Of a stretch of 64,000 nucleotides of DNA, positions 61,191 to 64,000 are shown piece by piece. Location of the stretch: assembly GCF_018350175.1 (NCBI RefSeq), contig NC_058368.1:137828001-137892000 (forward strand), written 5' to 3'. The notes beneath the pieces were generated by a model. It did not search any database, was not told where the DNA came from, and worked only from the letters and a program-made list of their open reading frames with translations. The DNA comes from Felis catus (Eukaryota). Both the position numbers and the translations under genes were made by a program. How positions within the stretch are numbered: the first letter of the stretch is position 1; every line of letters starts with the position of its first letter.

Positions 61191-64000
61191 CCTGTCAAAA
61201 CCTTATCGAGACGTTGGCACAAGCAGCAAACGGATTCACAGGCAAAGGAAAACAATACAAGTCTCGTTAGATCGTTTTTCTGGACATTGTTTAAAGTCTG
61301 AAAGGGACCAAATCGTTTCAAAATGTTGCCAGTAAAAATTATCCTATGTGGAATGCAACTAATCCTTTTAGGTTCCTGTCAACTGTTTCCACAAAAGGAA
61401 TCCGATTTTTCAAATCAAAGATCCAAAAGTCTTTGGGGAGAGATTTATTACATGCCAGAGCTTTAGTTACAGAATAGAGTTACAATAACAACTCGCACCC
61501 ACCAACTCCCTAAAATAAGGGATCCCTTCCCAGATAATCCTAAAGAAGTGTGGGGGATGGCTTGCTGGAGCCCTGCTATGTGTTGGGGGAGGGGAAGGAG
61601 ATGGAGGGGAAGAGGAGAAAAGCTAAGAAATCTTAAATTCCTGACATAGGAAAACAGAACACAGAGTGCCTCAGCATTTTATTTTTATCCTCTCTACCCT
61701 TGGTTACTTTTCAAGAAGAAAACAAAACCCAAACTTGGTGACTTGCCCTCCCAGTTCCTTGGTGATGACAACTTAAAGGTGAGGTTAATGCTTGAACTGA
61801 CTACGGAAAAACTCTGGGGTGCCTAGGCACCCCCAGTGGTGCGGAATCTGGACTCTCTGGGTTTGCATATTGAGGTGTCTACAATTTCTGCAAGTGGAAA
61901 AATATTTATTTTAAAGTTTGTAAAAGAATACAAGAAAAATAGACTGTGTTTTATTTTTTTTAATTTTCTTTGATTTGTAATAAAATGGTTAAGCATGTGA
62001 AAAAAAAAAAAAGGGTCCGAGGGTTTTTCACTGTGATTCTATTTAACTCTTCACAAACCCATGTGAACATAAACTCATTCCATGTAGGTCACAGTCTCAG
62101 TTCACAGGACTATGAGCATTTTGTGATGCGCGCCTCCTCCCTTTAACTTCTTCTTCTCTTCACAGAGAAGAAATAGTGGCTGAGGATACCACTACTAGGT
62201 GATCTATTAGTAAAAAGCCTTAAAAACTTGGGAGGAAACTCAAATTTATATTTATCTGCACGGAGGAGTTTGGCACTCCAAACCACATGGACACTTAATG
62301 TGCTTTAGGTGTTTTGTGAGTAAACTGCCAAACTAGAAAGACACTGTCAATAACCAGACAACCTCTGTTTCGTTTACAGACTACCAAGTTTGAAAGAGTT
62401 ATGTTAAATGAAAAAACTGAAAGAAAATTATCTTCCTACCCTTCCCTCCACCTTGCTGTTTTCCTGCTGCACTGGCTTGCTCCTCTTGCTCCACGAGTGT
62501 CTGCTTATGTTACTGGACGCAACGTGGTGGCAGGAATTCTTTCATTTAACGTGGGAATAAAGGGATTTGCAATGAAGCAGGTGCTCAATAAATACTGCAG
62601 ACTAATCCCACTTTACCAAGGCTTAGAGGTTAAAGAGATGATCAGTAGATACGCAACTAGAGAAAAGAAATAGAGCAAGAGACTAGAAGAGTGGATTTAA
62701 AGCACTACTGGTTTGTTTATTTTAGAAGGGAGACAGTCATCTCTACAAATACACAACTGGCCGAAGAGAAAACACAAGGCCATCTCTTCTCATTATTTCC
62801 AGAAAGGCTTAGGTAACAATTGATTTCACACATAGAGAGGGGATTTTGAAGAAAGAGGAGTTTTTACAGATAGCCAAAGATTTCTCTTAACTAATTTAAG
62901 AATTTGGGTCTCCTCCAAAGTTTAGAAGTCTTACTTTTTATTTCCGGGAAGAATAAGGAGGTCGGAAAGAAGCCTTAGAGGAATCATCATTCTATACAAT
63001 CGTATAGGTTTTATGTTCTCCAAAATATGTTCCCATAAATGGTCTTATTGTAGTCTCACAACCTATCCCCAAGCTCCCCAAAACTACAAATGAGTGTAAA
63101 AATTGATCTAACATTTAGTTTCAAACTAGTCTTATTTATTCTGTTGTGGGATTTGGAGAATTTTTTGGTTTGTGTTCCCCCCCCCCCCCCACTTCATAGT
63201 CAATCATTAAAAAAAAAAATCTCATCATGGTCATTTTCATATATATGAAGCTTTGCATTAAAATGGCACAAAGTAGAAATAGAGAACCAAGTTGTTTTTC
63301 ATTCATAATAATACTTCATTGTTGACATTTCAGAAAATGTGTTGTGTCCTTTTATTCCTGAAAATCTCTGCCTTTTATTTATATTAATGGGAATTCCGAA
63401 ACAAGTGTATACAGAGGCTTCTGCTTTCGGCCATAACTAATATGTGCCACTGCTTTGTCTTTACTAGTCTGTTATTAATCAGTCAGTAGTTGCAAATAAG
63501 AGAGAACCCTCAATTTGTGCCTGGCTCCCTCTGGGACAGAGAGGGCCAGGCAAGGCCCCAGGGCCTCTGATCCACCACCTTGGGCCTGCCCAGAACCTCC
63601 CATGGTGCTCAACGGACTCACTGGGCCTATGGACACATTCCATATATAGCTTGCATTCTTAACACATTAGACAGATTCTCCTTTAACTGTAAGATCCTAA
63701 ATGCAGGGAAACACCCCATTGAAAAATCAAGTCAGTTTCAAAAAATAACAGAAAAATAATCTCCCAAACTGTCTCCTGATTTCAAATTCAGGGTCAGAAC
63801 TTTCCAGGTTCTCTAAATACTGTTTCTGATATTAACTGCCTGCTTTTATTCCTGAAATGGGATTTTGTTATCTTTTACAGTGTAAAATCTAAAAGAAGAA
63901 CTGTTTCTGGTTTTACAAAAATACTCCTCTAGAAAATCAATGTTACCTTCCATTAAGCACTGTCCCTTGAAAAGACCGCTATAGACACCGTCCTTTACAG

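Noticed and set aside
61200..64000. AT-rich end as the minus-strand 3' UTR of a gene (TTTATT at about 61444; SIX4 was considered)
   Set aside because: AATAAA hexamers are common in AT-rich DNA, no coding exon lies in the window, and I recognise no gene-specific sequence.

Overview
Non-coding mammalian DNA from a felid (cat-like) genome: it carries 33 tRNA-derived CanSINEs, including the youngest felid-type subfamily, plus carnivore/felid L1 3' ends. I find no credible protein-coding gene, RNA gene or CRISPR array. The supplied ORFs are explained by SINEs, L1/ERV fossils, microsatellites and GC-rich CpG islands. Three CpG islands (about 1-1.4 kb, 41.0-42.1 kb, 59.2-61.2 kb) have no recognisable coding exons; the second and third are rich in forkhead, homeodomain and PBX-HOX-type motifs and lie in SINE-depleted zones. 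This looks like the regulatory desert of a developmental transcription factor. From unverified recollection of island spacing, the best guess is the region 3' of FOXD1. The rest is a layered transposon record: HAL1, ERVL with an MLT2F LTR, MLT1, MIR, L2, MER5A, MER45A, MADE2 and MARNA. The most unusual items are a Tigger-type MITE nested inside a carnivore L1 inside an ERVL, a SINE-L1 chimera under one TSD that was later hit twice at the same site, a 16-bp L1 5' micro-inversion, a candidate 3' transduction and a candidate 19-nt microexon. Repeat names come from recalled consensus sequences, not from a search. I did not find evidence strong enough to claim a new biological system.
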